This document shows, in pieces, positions 52,001-64,000 of a stretch of DNA of 64,000 bases. Position 1 is the stretch's first letter, and each line of letters starts with the position of its first letter. The stretch comes from Octopus vulgaris. Lineage: Eukaryota. The notes under the pieces were generated by a model that had not been told where the DNA came from, ran no database searches, and saw nothing but the letters and a program-made list of their open reading frames with translations. The stretch lies in the NCBI GenBank assembly GCA_951406725.2, contig OX597819.1:27962001-28026000 (forward strand). The letters are read 5' to 3'. Both the position numbers and the translations under genes were made by a program.

Positions 52001-55000
52001 TCATTGGTTTAGAGTTATAGAATTTAGACCCAAACACCAGCTTTAAGAACTTCTGTGGTGTTCTTGCAATCATTTATTATATAGTTTGTTTTTTTTAAAG
52101 CTCACAACCAGTAAAGACAAGTTAGCAAAAGCATGTTGGGGCCTTCATTCAGCAGTGGATTAATAACAGTTAAAAAGAAATATTGTTCAACACATCAGCA
52201 CTTTTTTTTTTATCTAAAAATGATGTGGTCAGCTCTGCTTGAGTAAACTTATGATCACAGACATTCCAACTGTGACCATTCCATCTTTACATACATAACA
52301 TCTCTATTGTCCACTATGTGATTCTTATTTTGCCTTTTTGTTTATTTTTCAAATAGCTATGACTTGAGGGAGATTCAGCTGCAACTTCTGTTAAGATAAG
52401 TAATTGTGTATAGGCCCTTTCATTCTTTCATCTACCCTACAAGTTATGTGGTCAAAGTGTAACTACATATAGAATATTTAGGGGTTGTGAGTTAATTCAT
52501 ACGTTTACTGTTAAATTGATTTATACTATTTTTAAAGCTTAGTCAAGAGGGATAGAGTCTCTATGACTTTTTTATAAGGCCACTGAGATTGATGAAAGGG
52601 TGGAATAAAAAATGGACTCTTCAAACAGGAGACCTGCTCTGATTGCTTGCAAGAACCTGATGATGGTGTTAAACTGAAAACCAGATTAAATCTACCATAC
52701 ATGTAAGATTTGAACTCAGAATACAAATAGCTGGCACAAATACCACAAAGCATTTTGTCTGATACTCTAATGATTCTGTCAATTCATGTGGCTGGACTGT
52801 TATTTTGTCTGAACCCTAACAGGCTTGCCATCTCACAACCTCTATTTAGAAATAAATTAAGTTAGGGCATTCCTTTAATCCTATATTTTTATTCCATTTG
52901 AATATCATTTTATGAAATGTTTAATAATGTCATGAAATTATTTTGAATAAAAAAAAATCCTTAAAAATGATTGTGCAAATTTCCTTACCCTATTTTTGCT
53001 TAACGTAGATAAGAAAATTTCTGGTTCAAATTTTGGTAAAGTGTATATTGAACACCCATTTGTAATAATACTAAACAGTATGCAGACCATTCCGTAGATG
53101 TGGTAAAAAGGAAGAATTCCAAGGATTCGATCAGAAGTATCAAAATCAAGAATACTGCAATTAATAGCAAATTTTAAGCAGTTTATAAACATATCATAAA
53201 AGAAATTTTTGTGTCATCATTAATAACATTGAAGAGAGAAGAAAAAAAATCAAAACAAGTAGTTTTGAGGATGGTTTCTAAGAATATTAAGTAGTGAAGG
53301 AGAGAGAGAGAGAGAGAGAGAGATGTGGAAGGCATCAAGCACTGTAGATATTATATAGTTAAATTGGATGTAGTAGTGGAGGTGGAGGTGGGTTTAGCCT
53401 ATTAATGTAGAAATCATGCCTGAAACTTTTTATAAATGAAGTTTTATCCTTTGTCATTCGTTATAGACAATCTGAAGATCTATAGCTCCTCTCCAAAGTG
53501 CAGGCCTGAGCAACAACTTTTTTTCCTTTGTGGAAGACTAGAAGTTGCCCTTGCATACCAATCTTCCCACTCTATGCTACTGATGTTATGCAAGAGACAG
53601 GGAAAATCCAGTACAGTTCAGCACAAGGAAGCAAGTGGCCAGAACAGATACTGCATGGCAATTGGTCTAACAATAACAATTACCTAAAAGATGAATGTCA
53701 AAGTTGACCTTAGTACGATTTAGACTCAGAGCAGAGAAAGTCAGAAAAATACTGTAAAATTCTATCTTAAGCTCTAATGACTCTTGTTAACATTAATGAT
53801 AATTATTGTTAAGAAGGTAAGAGAAACTACTCTAAATCCAAATTGATTTAAAATAAGAATTTGCAGTGAGGAATGAGTATCATCTTTGGCAAGCGTGGGA
53901 ATTACTCTCCATACTGATAAGGTAATAACATTTTCAGGCACCTTCTGTTAACATTAATACAGCCATTAAAATTCATCAATTAACAATGAGAAATATTTAC
54001 TGTTTTTTGAAACAATGACAGAAAACATCAAACAATGAATGTTTCTTATTGAACCCACAATTATTTTCCCTATATTTTGTTCCTTCCCTGCAGTAATAGA
54101 TAAGTGGCAATTATAATTAAACAGAACTATTATAATTAAACAGGTGCAAGGAATACAAATATGTTGGGGTTTCACAAATGAAATATAATTGAAAAAACTT
54201 AGTTCAAATGAGCTTATCTGAGCAGACAATAACTTTTTCTTGTTGCTGTTTAAAAAGAAAAATCTATAAACAACAAACAGTTCAGCAAAAAGAAATTGAT
54301 AGAATAAATACTAGACTTAGCAAAAATAAGTGCTGGGATCGATCTGATCAACTAAACTTGTAAATATGGTGCCCCCATGATGGCCACAGTCCAATGACTG
54401 AAACATGTAAAAGAATAAACTCACGTAAGTTGTAGAAGGTTTGAAACGATATTATGATGTGTTAGCATGACACCTTTAGGTAATCCAGTTGTTCCACTTG
54501 AATAAGGTAATACAAGAACATCTTCTTTAGCGTTGCCAGAGTAAACTTCTGTTAAGGCAGTTCCGTCATCTTCTACAAGAGTTGAGAATGGACGACAACC
54601 ATGTGAATTCCCAAACACAATAATTTCCTGGAAGAAGAATAGGCTCATGAAATAAGACTGAAAGGCCATGCAAAGTTGTTCAGTAGATCTATATCAAAAG
54701 AATTCTGTGCAGAATTTTCTTCTCCATCACTTTTCGATCCAAAGTTGTTTTCTAATACCACACTGCATGCACTCATCAAAATTTCACTCAAATTCTTTCT
54801 TCCTACCCCAAATCTTTCCACATGTGAAAAAACTAGATCTTTTCACTACAACAAGGTGATTGGTTTTAAAGCATTCCTTCCATCACCATCAAACTGTGTA
54901 CTCCTACCCGCACCAAACTTTTAAATCTCTCTCTCTCTTTCTTTGAAGATACACTACAGCATATCCTATTCAGAAAAAAAGCAACACCTCTGACCTTGCT

Positions 55001-56160
55001 AACTACCAACTTGTTGCCTTCACTGTGAACATTTCAAAGATGATGAGTGACTTCACTGATCCTGACAGCTTATTAACTTACCCTTTCTATTTTCTAATAT
55101 CTCAAAGAAATCAGAAACATTTGTTAACTATCATCTCTTTCAAAACTTTGTTTTCTCTACCTCTTCATGACCAATAGTATGTCTTCAGCAGAACTAAGTT
55201 TACCAAATACTTTCATTTCCATGAGGTCCTTCACACTGGAGAAATTTGACAAAAACAATATCATTGCACTTGACCCCTGTTTCGTTTACCTATGGATTGA
55301 CTACCTATTTTGATTAATTACATATACCACACTGTTCCTTCAGTACATCAATAACTCTCTTGCTGTCACTTTTAATAACAATCTTAAGCATATGATACTA
55401 CTCTTCACTCTCTCTTAACCTTCCATTCATCCAGGTGTCATTTGTACACAAAGTAAACCCAGGTGTCATCCACACATTGACTCCATCAACAGAAACATCA
55501 ACACTGTCGATCAATGAAGACATGACAGTCGTTTCCAACAACACAAAGTTAAATGGTCACCATATGGCATAAGTCATAAATTGATGTACATGTGTGTAGC
55601 TTAATGGTTAGGTCCTAACAATTGCTTCTCAACCATTTTTTGCCTATGGACCCTTTTGATTCCTATTTTACTCCACAGGACCTCCATATCCATTTACTGA
55701 CTATAAAAAAATCTTACTGTTTTATGATTAAATATCATTAGGAATTGTATTTAAAAAAAATTAAAATATTTTGTGTACTGCAGAAGTATAACCAATTCAT
55801 TACACATAAATTTTAACAATGAAATCTTATATGGAACCCCAAGGGCCATATGGACCCTAGTTGAGAACCACTGAGTTATAGTATTAGACACACAATTGTA
55901 AGAGTGAAGTTCCAATTCTCAGACCAGGCAATGTATAATGTTTTTAAACAAAACACTTCATTTCACATTACTCCAGTCTTTTGAATCAATAACAGCTACA
56001 AAGAAAGTCTACTACCTTTTGTTGTATCTAAACTCCTGGAAGTTATATATATATATATTTGTATATTTACTACACACTACAGGTACTCTCTGTGAGTACA
56101 TATAGGAAGCTTTGGTGTTCTACATAGAAAAAACTGCATCTAACTAAACTGTACACAACA

Positions 56161-56191
<31 letters not shown>

Positions 56192-57398
56192 TGTATGTAT
56201 GTACATATGTATGTATGTACGCATGTATGTACGTATGTATGTATGTACGTACGTACATATGTATGCATGCATCTAGTAATGGAACTCTGGTATGGCCATT
56301 TCTAGTGTTTTGAGGAATGTGAAACCACTTCTTATCCATTATTGTTCCAGGGTCTACTTTGATCCAGAATAATAGCATTTGTTAGGGCCCTGTCCTTGAG
56401 TTAACTAGCATATGAACCACTGGGAGTGAAGGATCATTAGCTCTTGTTAGAACTTATTTCTAGAATACATCATAAGTAAACAAACATAAGTTTGTTTTTA
56501 AAGTGTTGAAATGTATTGCAGAATAAGAAGAAAGATATAATTTTTTCAACATGTAAATACTGAACAGTATATATAAAGGATTTTGTCCTTTAAATATACT
56601 GTTCAGTATTTACGTGTAGAAAGAATATATCTTTCTGCATATTTCTAGAAGATAAACTCATATACTTGAAATGCAGTTGGTTTCTGGTCATCTTAATCTC
56701 TGTTGTGCCACAAAGTAGGTTCAGTGCTGTGCAACATTTTATCCACACAAAACAAATTCACACACAAGAACTTTTTGGATTCTTGGAATATTTGCATGTA
56801 CAAGTGAACCTACTTAATCATGAGTTGACTTCTACGACAGACAGACAGACAGACATACATACATACGTACGCACGTACATACACACACACGCACACACAC
56901 ACACACACACACATACAAGGGTGTGCTGAACAGTTCTTAGCTTTGAAGGGATTGCAAAAGGCCTAATTGGAGGTCCAACCTTCCAAGCCTTAGAAAACTG
57001 AAGGACTGCTGCAATAAGCAAAGTACCACATGTTCCATTTCCACATGAACACCAGATTTAAAGATAAACATTTCCCATAAACTCATTTCCAGAAAACTCT
57101 TGCTGACTTGCAACAAACCCCACCCCCAGATGACGTTTTGATACTAAGGGACATAACTCTTAATTTAATCCCCTGCTTGATTCGGTTCACTGTTTTTCCA
57201 CAGCAACCACAAATTGGATGTGTCTGTTCACTTCTAACAACAGAGAGCAGTCACAATATTTCATTCCATAATCGCTACCCATGAAGATGGCAGGGTTACA
57301 TAAATGGGCTGTTACCTAACACCCCAGTGAACCCCTAAGTGAGAAACTTATTGGTAAGATTGGCTGTAATGAATATATAACAATGTACACTTCGGTTA

Positions 57399-57435
<37 letters not shown>

Positions 57436-57649
57436 ATACTTTTCAAATTAATAAATTGGAGTAGGAGAGTTGACATTTATGATCTGTGAAGGCCCTCACA
57501 AAGGTCAATGCATTAGGTTGATGTCTGCTGCAAAAATGAACACAGAGAGAGTCCCAGTGGGTGCAGTTGTGAGTACGACATATTGGAGAAAGTAATAAAG
57601 AGAACAGAGTGAGGCAAAGTGGAGATTAAAGATGAGAAATCAAGCGAAT

Positions 57650-57701
<52 letters not shown>

Positions 57702-60700
57702 ATGGAGGGAAGATTTTATTTCAAGATTTTATTCATCTCTTTCTTTGGTATGTTAAAGATTAAGCACATCAATTTAACATATTTTGCTTCTGATTATTTA
57801 GTCCTAGTACTTTGTAGTTTCAAACATATGTTCTGGATTAAAGAACAGCAGGTAGTATCAACTGTGGTAGCAGAAGCAATAACATTAGTTACAGCAATAT
57901 ATATTGTAACAGCTGATATTATTTATGTTGATATGTACAGAAACAATTAACAGTGTTAACTATTCCTGCACAAAAATAAATCGTTTACAATGCTTGCAAG
58001 AAGTAGTAAATAATATATTACTAAGATGACCTAACCAGTTGTGGGGTATGTTGCTCTAAAAGCATAGTAACCAATATAAGAGCAGGGTATGAAAAATTTC
58101 TTTTTGACTGAAGCGTCGATTGAATGTTGTTTGCATACAGAGACTGATGTTGCATATTGGCAAGGAATGCAGAGGATGTGTAAAGGCTGGAGAGAAATGA
58201 AGTAAGTATGCTTTGCTAGATGTGTAATGTTAGGGTGCACAAGTGATATGGCACAGATAAGCTGAGAAATAAATTGAACATAAGATGAATAAAATGAATC
58301 AGATATAATGAACAAGAGATATCATTGTGCTGGTGCGGACATGTAATGTATATGGATGATCATAAATGGGTAGAAAAGTACTCCAAGTGGAAGGTAACTA
58401 TAGAAGAAAAATCCCCAGGAACATATGGGCAGAGGTAGCGGTAGCTGATCTCAAAAAGTTGAACTTCACAAAGGCAATGACAAGGAATACAGTAAATGGT
58501 AAGATAGGACCCATTCAATTCAAGCAAGCATGGAAAAGTTGATGTGAAAATGATGAGGTTTATATGAGCTGAAAAAGTCTTCAAAATGCCTTTTCCTAGA
58601 GGTGAGCATTTGTGATAATACAAACTTATTTAGGTCAGTTGATTTATTAAGGTAATAACACTGTGTAACATGATTTTTGTCCTTGGGTAACGACTGCTAT
58701 TTTCTATTTGCTTACCCCTACAAAGTATGAAAAACGGCTAATATTTCCCCCAAACTTTGCTTTTGTTACATTTATTCAAACCCCAAAGAATCCCTCTCAA
58801 CACTTGGCTATGATGCTCCCACCACTACTCCTGCTCATGATCAGAGATGTACATATTATCAACCACTAAGGGACATGCTCAAGTGGTTAAGGTCAAACAA
58901 CTGACAAGCAAATCTGTGGTGTTGAGCAGAATATTTGCTATAATGATATTTCTATTTCAGCAATCAGCCCTGAATCTGTCTGAAATCTAATGGAAAATAG
59001 GTCAGTTTTGAAACATTGATGTCCAGGTCAAGTTTGAAGGGAACAGTAGTCATTTCCTTTTATTTCTAGATAGAAGCAAATAGGAAATAACACTTACTGA
59101 CCAAAGACAAAAATAAAATCAATTAAAATTTTGTTACATAGTGAAATTTATTTATTTTAGTTTTCATTTATTTTATATTATAATTTGTGAACATGGTGTT
59201 ATTATGTGTTACAGCTTTCCAATTAGCTAATCACTGGTTCACTATATTTCACTTAACAAAAAGCAAGAATGATAATAGTGTATAGAACTTGATACAAATA
59301 TTACCTTCAGACTTTGTCTGTAAAGCACTGTTCATTTCTTTTGTTTTCTCAACAATGTCTTTATCTTACACTGATATACATCAGTGAAAGGTACACACAC
59401 ATTATATACAACAGGCTTCCACACAGTTTCTGTCTAGCAAATACTATTCACAAAGCATTGATCAACCCAAAGCTATGGCATTAGATACTTGTCCAAAGTT
59501 TAGTCTGCACAGTCAGATTGACTATAGAGGAAAGACTAAGTATAGTGGTTAGTGCAGGGCCTGGGGGAGTGGGTACAACAAAGAGATGAGGGGAAAAGAG
59601 ATGAATGAGTCAGGAGTACCTGAGTTGAGGAATATGCCAGCACCTATTTGCTAAGAGTTCGCAATTCATTTCCTTCCAGCTTTTCAGTTGCATATATCTT
59701 TTTCCATCATATAACAAAAATGGGTCTTCTTTCAGGAATGTTAAGTCCTTTATTTCTATCAGCCACAGTAATTTAATTTCCTGTGGTCTACCTTACAGAT
59801 TCATAATACTGTTTTGATATTTTCTTCCTTTCTCTTTACAATTATGAAAATGTTATGATGTTATCAAGTAAACTTAAATGATACACAGACCTTCAGTTTA
59901 ACAGTTTCACTGGTACCCACAGCCTCCTTAACCGTTGATACCAACTCTTCTGTAGTTATTATTGCACAGCACTCAGAATTCTCCAAATGAAATTTCAATT
60001 CATCTACAAAACAAAGACAAGTTTCTAAATAATTTCTGCAAACAGAACATTTTGGTCTTAAAATTTTGGTATTTGATTCTATATGAATAAAACGTTCAAT
60101 TGGAAACTTGTAACAGGTGTGAATAGGTAGAAAATTAGAGAATTTCTTTTGAGCAACTCAAACTCTATTTCAACAATATATTCTCTACTTTTCCTAGTCA
60201 TTGGACATTCCAGTCAATATCCAATATACACAGAATTTAACACCATACTAGCTTGAAAAAATTATTCTATATAAACAATAAAAGAACAAAGTTCCATAAG
60301 TATAAATATGGTATTGTTGGTGATATTATTGCTTAGCCTCAGGTCAACGTCAATCCAACAGGCCTATAATCAAAGGTATTCCATCCCAATATTGTAGGAA
60401 TATGTGGTTTAAGGGAAACGTGGCTGCTATTTTTAGCAAATTGAGTGACCATGAAGAGGTTCATACATATATGTATGGTGTGAAATGAGGTAGATTTGGC
60501 TGCTTTCTCCAGCACATTCGACAATAATGTCAAGGCCCCTTCTTTAAATTGTATAAACAGGTTGTTTACCATGGTGTCTCAGTGTCTCATTTCTACTAAG
60601 TAACAAAGCTGTCATGGCAATCTCTTAGTCATTAAATAAACTAATCAATCAAAGTCCCAGTATAAAGTGGTGGACTGGCAGAAACATTAGAGTATCAGAG

Positions 60701-63513
60701 ATACCTTGTGGTAGTTGTTCCGGCCCTTTGCATTCTGTTCGCACCTAATTGGGTGGTAAACTTAATCTGTCACCCAGTTTAACGCCATTACCTGGCTTTT
60801 GGGTATCTTTAGCAGAGACCATAGTGCTACAAGCATTCAGATCAGGTCTCCAGTGTGAGCACATCTTTTTCTCTTCTTCCCATACGTCTTAATGATATTG
60901 CAAAGAACCATGGCCCTGTCCTTCCTTCCTGATTAATGATAATATATAACTTAACCAACATTTCTTTGCTACAGAAAAATATGGCTTCTTTACTTCTTTT
61001 TTAAAACAAACTTCTTGGTTATGTTCATTTTGCCAATGGTTTGCTTTTTGTTTTCAACAAACTTCTTGTTCAGATGAATAACAGACCTCAAAGACAAGTG
61101 GGAGAAGGAAAGATGTTATCTCCGAAACAGATGTCCAAGCTCAAATGCTGGAAATAGATTGAAATCTTCTAAAAGACCAGAGAGTGGTGTTAAAATTGAC
61201 AGCAGATTATGTCTGCTACCCAAACAAGAATGGTCTTTTTGATGGATCTCCACACAGCTTTCATATCCCAAATTTCACTCACAAAGTATCGTTCTATCCA
61301 AGGTTATAAGTGCAAAACTCTTACTCAATGTTGCTGTTTGGGGGAATTAAGATTGAATCTATAGTTATGCAACAAACATCTTAATCATAAACATATGCAT
61401 GCACCCATGTTCTACCATAAAACCCAATCAAATCCAACAAATAATAATAATTATTAACACCCTTTTTTATTGTTTTTTCTTCACTAATTCTAATTTGGGT
61501 TTCAGGAACGCTTTCACAAGCTCTCTGAAATGAATAGAATTGATGCAGTGAACATTCTGCTTAAGCCATTTGTTACCATATCTATGCTGAAATATACTGC
61601 CTATTTTAATCAATTCTGAAAATCATGAAGAATCTAGTAACATAACTTTGGTATTAGGGAGGGTATCCACAACAGACACTTGGAGTCTGGACAGCTCCTT
61701 AATAGTCAGCTCCATGTCAAACTGCCCAACACATGCCAGCATGGAGAGCAGATGTTAAACAACAATGATGATGAGTATTAAGCTGATGTTTGGGACATAA
61801 ATTAACATAGAATTTCAAAGGGAGGTCTTAATTTAGGTCACTTAGAAACAAGAAAGCTTATCTTTGCACAATATCCAGTTTTAAGTAGGTTGGTAACAAA
61901 AGCATTAAATTATTGCAAGTCAATGCTTGCAAGAAAAACACATTCAGAGAGAAAATCTGTCCTGGCTTTCACACATGTGTGCTGGTGCCCCCATGAAACA
62001 ATTCAAAAACTCTAACATTTATCCACAGGTTTTATTCCTTGTCTGCTTATACACATATTCCGGAAAGAAAAGACTGAGTATAGTGGTCAATGTAAGAGGA
62101 CTGGATTCTAGTGCTCAGCTTATTTTACCAAACCTGAAAGGATGAAAGGCAAAATTAACTGCAATGGAATTTGGCCTCAGAACCTGAAGTTGGAAGAAAT
62201 GCTATTAAGCATTTTGTCTGGCATGGAAGCAATTCTGCCTGCTCACCACCTTACTGCTGCTACTGCTACTACAATAACTACTACTACTACCACTCCTGCT
62301 GATGTCACTACCACCACCACCACTACTACTAATAATAATAATAATCTTTTTTACTCTAGGCATAAGGCCCAAAACTTTTAGGGAGGGGGCCACTCAATTA
62401 GATTGACCCAGTACACAACTGGTACTTGATTTACGAATCCTGAAAGGATGAAAGGCAAAGTTGACCTCAGTGCAATTTGAACTCAGAATGTAAAGATGGA
62501 TGAAATACTGCTAAGCATTTCACCCAGCGTGCTAATGTTTCTGCCAGCTTGCCACCTTAATAATAAGGATAATACTAATAATGTTTTCTTATCAACCGCA
62601 AAGCGTTCACAAAAAATATTGGGGACAGTACGGGACAATACAATGTGTGATTACACAAAAAGCATGCAAAAGGTACAAAAACAGTAACACAATGAAATTA
62701 TAATAATGAATATTCCCCAAAAGAGGGTGAATTCTTAGGGTTGCTCATGGAGACACCACAAAATCATGGCTACCCTGACCACTCGAGCAAGAGCCCTCTC
62801 CTACAAGCACATACTTAGAGTAGGCCTGTTCAACTGCACTATTCTTGTAACATTTTTTTCTACTCTAGGCACAAGGCCCAAAATTGTTAGGGAGGGGTCC
62901 AGTCGATTAGATTGACTTCAGTATGCAACTGGTACTTAATTTATCAACCCCAAAAGGATGAAAGGCAAAGTTGAACTTGGTAGAATTTGAACTCAGAACA
63001 TAAAGACAGACAAAATATTGCTAAGCATTTCACCTGGCATGTTAATGTTTCTGCCAGCTTGCCACCATTCTTGTAACATTCACCTAACTTTTAACAAAAT
63101 TGCTGCGAGACAGCACTTCCCCAGACTGACATTATGTCTATCAACCTTGAAAGGATAAAGATTAAAGTCGTCATCAGTGTGACTTAAATTCAGGATGCAA
63201 ATAGCTGGAATGAATACTGTAATGCATTCTACCTAATGCTCTAATGACTCTGCCAACTTGCTGCCTATAAGAGTGCAACTGTGAAATATAAAATAATGAC
63301 CATACTTGCTGAATAGGCTGAGTTCATCGTCGTAGTTGTCAATCCAGCTGCAGCTGCTGCAATATATACAAGCAAGTATTCGGGATTATTGGTAGAAAAT
63401 ACTGCCATGACATCTCCAGGTTTATATCCAGATTTCTTAAAAGCACTTGCTACTTTTAAAGACTTAGAAATTACATCTGAATATGAATATTTAACTCCAG
63501 TCAAACCATTTTC
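41544..63513 (-). CDS. 4-coumarate--CoA ligase-like / firefly-luciferase-like acyl-CoA synthetase (ANL superfamily); last 10 exons, first exon(s) outside the window
   Basis: Exons (-) 63513-63306, 60003-59891, 54627-54425, 53154-52989, 51262-51091, 49490-49390, 48490-48349, 45808-45726, 44785-44620, 41671-41544; all phases are consistent (493 aa). Motifs: [97 protein letters not shown]. Confidence 0.93.
45969..47650 (+). mobile_element. Penelope-like element 3' remnant with GIY-YIG endonuclease
   Basis: [14 protein letters not shown]...RTYIGST...[17 protein letters not shown]...CLLCTHE....LLNAQDE..KCKH across 46450-46900, with internal stops; inserted between (TA)n tracts in an intron. The outer boundaries are approximate. 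Confidence 0.8.
50097..50400 (+). mobile_element. Complete non-autonomous Helitron (internally deleted relative to the 31607 copy)
   Basis: A|TC start; CCCGAGCAACGCCGGG hairpin; CTAG|T end. Confidence 0.88.
54950..55520 (+). mobile_element. CR1/Jockey-like LINE reverse transcriptase fragment (highly decayed)
   Basis: PIQKK...[19 protein letters not shown] resembles the P..K......NYRPI.L....SK..E motif. A second decayed RT-like stretch lies near 32200-32480. Confidence 0.5.
55619..55873. mobile_element. hAT-type MITE
   Basis: Ends CAATTGCTTCTCAAC / GTTGAGAACCACTG resemble the CAGTGGTTCTCAA TIR; no clean 8-bp TSD. Confidence 0.55.
56529..56636. repeat. AT-rich hairpin (about 50-bp arms, 5-nt loop)
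   Basis: GTAAATACTGAACAGTATATATAAAGGA-TTTTG-TCCTTTAAATATACTGTTCAGTATTTAC. Confidence 0.8.
58040..58560 (+). mobile_element. RTE-clade LINE 3' remnant
   Basis: [12 protein letters not shown]...[13 protein letters not shown] resembles RLRW.GHV.RM...G.R.RGRP...W. It ends CAAGCATGGAAAAG..GATGTGAAAATGATGA, similar to the family C tail. Confidence 0.6.
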
Positions 63514-64000
63514 CTGTTGAATTAGAAAAGAAAAAGAAATTGATTAATTAAACAGTAACACGTAAAATTAATCATAATAGTCATCATAATTGTCTTGTTT
63601 TCACCTTCATCACCGTCACAAGCACCACCACCATGACCATCGTTATCATTATCATCATTATAATCAGCAGCAATGAACCCCACCCAATCATCATCATCAT
63701 CATCATTTTATGTATGTCCACTTTTCGCTTCTGGAATAGGTTGAACTGATCTGTTAGTGTCTCAACATTTGCCATAGACCTCCACCATGTGGGACACAAA
63801 GAAAGAGGAAAATGACCATCTTTACTGAGTATGTCACAGTCTTGACATGGTTTTCATGGCTGGATGCCCTTCCTGTTAACTTGTTTTGATAGAAGAAATA
63901 TAACTTTTGAGTAATGTTGTTTTATATCTTTTAATTAAGTCTAGTTCTCAACCATAAAGTTTTAGATTCAGTCCCATTGCCTGGTATTTTGAGAAAGTAG

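Noticed and set aside
41544-63513. Horizontal transfer of plant 4CL, or evidence of bioluminescence
   Set aside because: Intron-rich gene of a family widespread in animals; sequence alone does not indicate substrate or light emission.

Overview
AT-rich, intron-rich animal genomic DNA, most likely a coleoid cephalopod (Octopus). The taxon is inferred from the tRNA-derived SINE families and microsatellite load, not from a database search. Four spliced genes can be assembled by hand with consistent GT-AG phases: the 3' part of short-chain acyl-CoA dehydrogenase ACADS (+, 265-6620), a compact DFFA/ICAD-like CIDE-N gene (-, 12441-19484), PET117 (+, 28829-33664), and the last 10 exons of a 4-coumarate-CoA-ligase/firefly-luciferase-like adenylate-forming enzyme (-, 41544-63513). 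The rest is mostly transposon-derived: a decayed Gypsy LTR element, mariners, Helitrons, MITEs, RTE and CR1 LINE fragments, a Penelope GIY-YIG remnant and several SINE families. The most notable signal is a TSD-bounded, tRNA-headed fold-back element carrying two decayed minimal hammerhead ribozyme motifs (3304-3763). Further hammerhead-like motifs lie elsewhere in the window, suggesting Penelope-mobilised ribozyme-bearing non-autonomous elements. Also notable: a Helitron-borne array of NRF1-consensus palindromes, a caspase site in DFFA, and a possible one-base loss of a PTS1-like C-terminus in the luciferase-like gene. Most ORFs in the supplied track are microsatellite or SINE artefacts.
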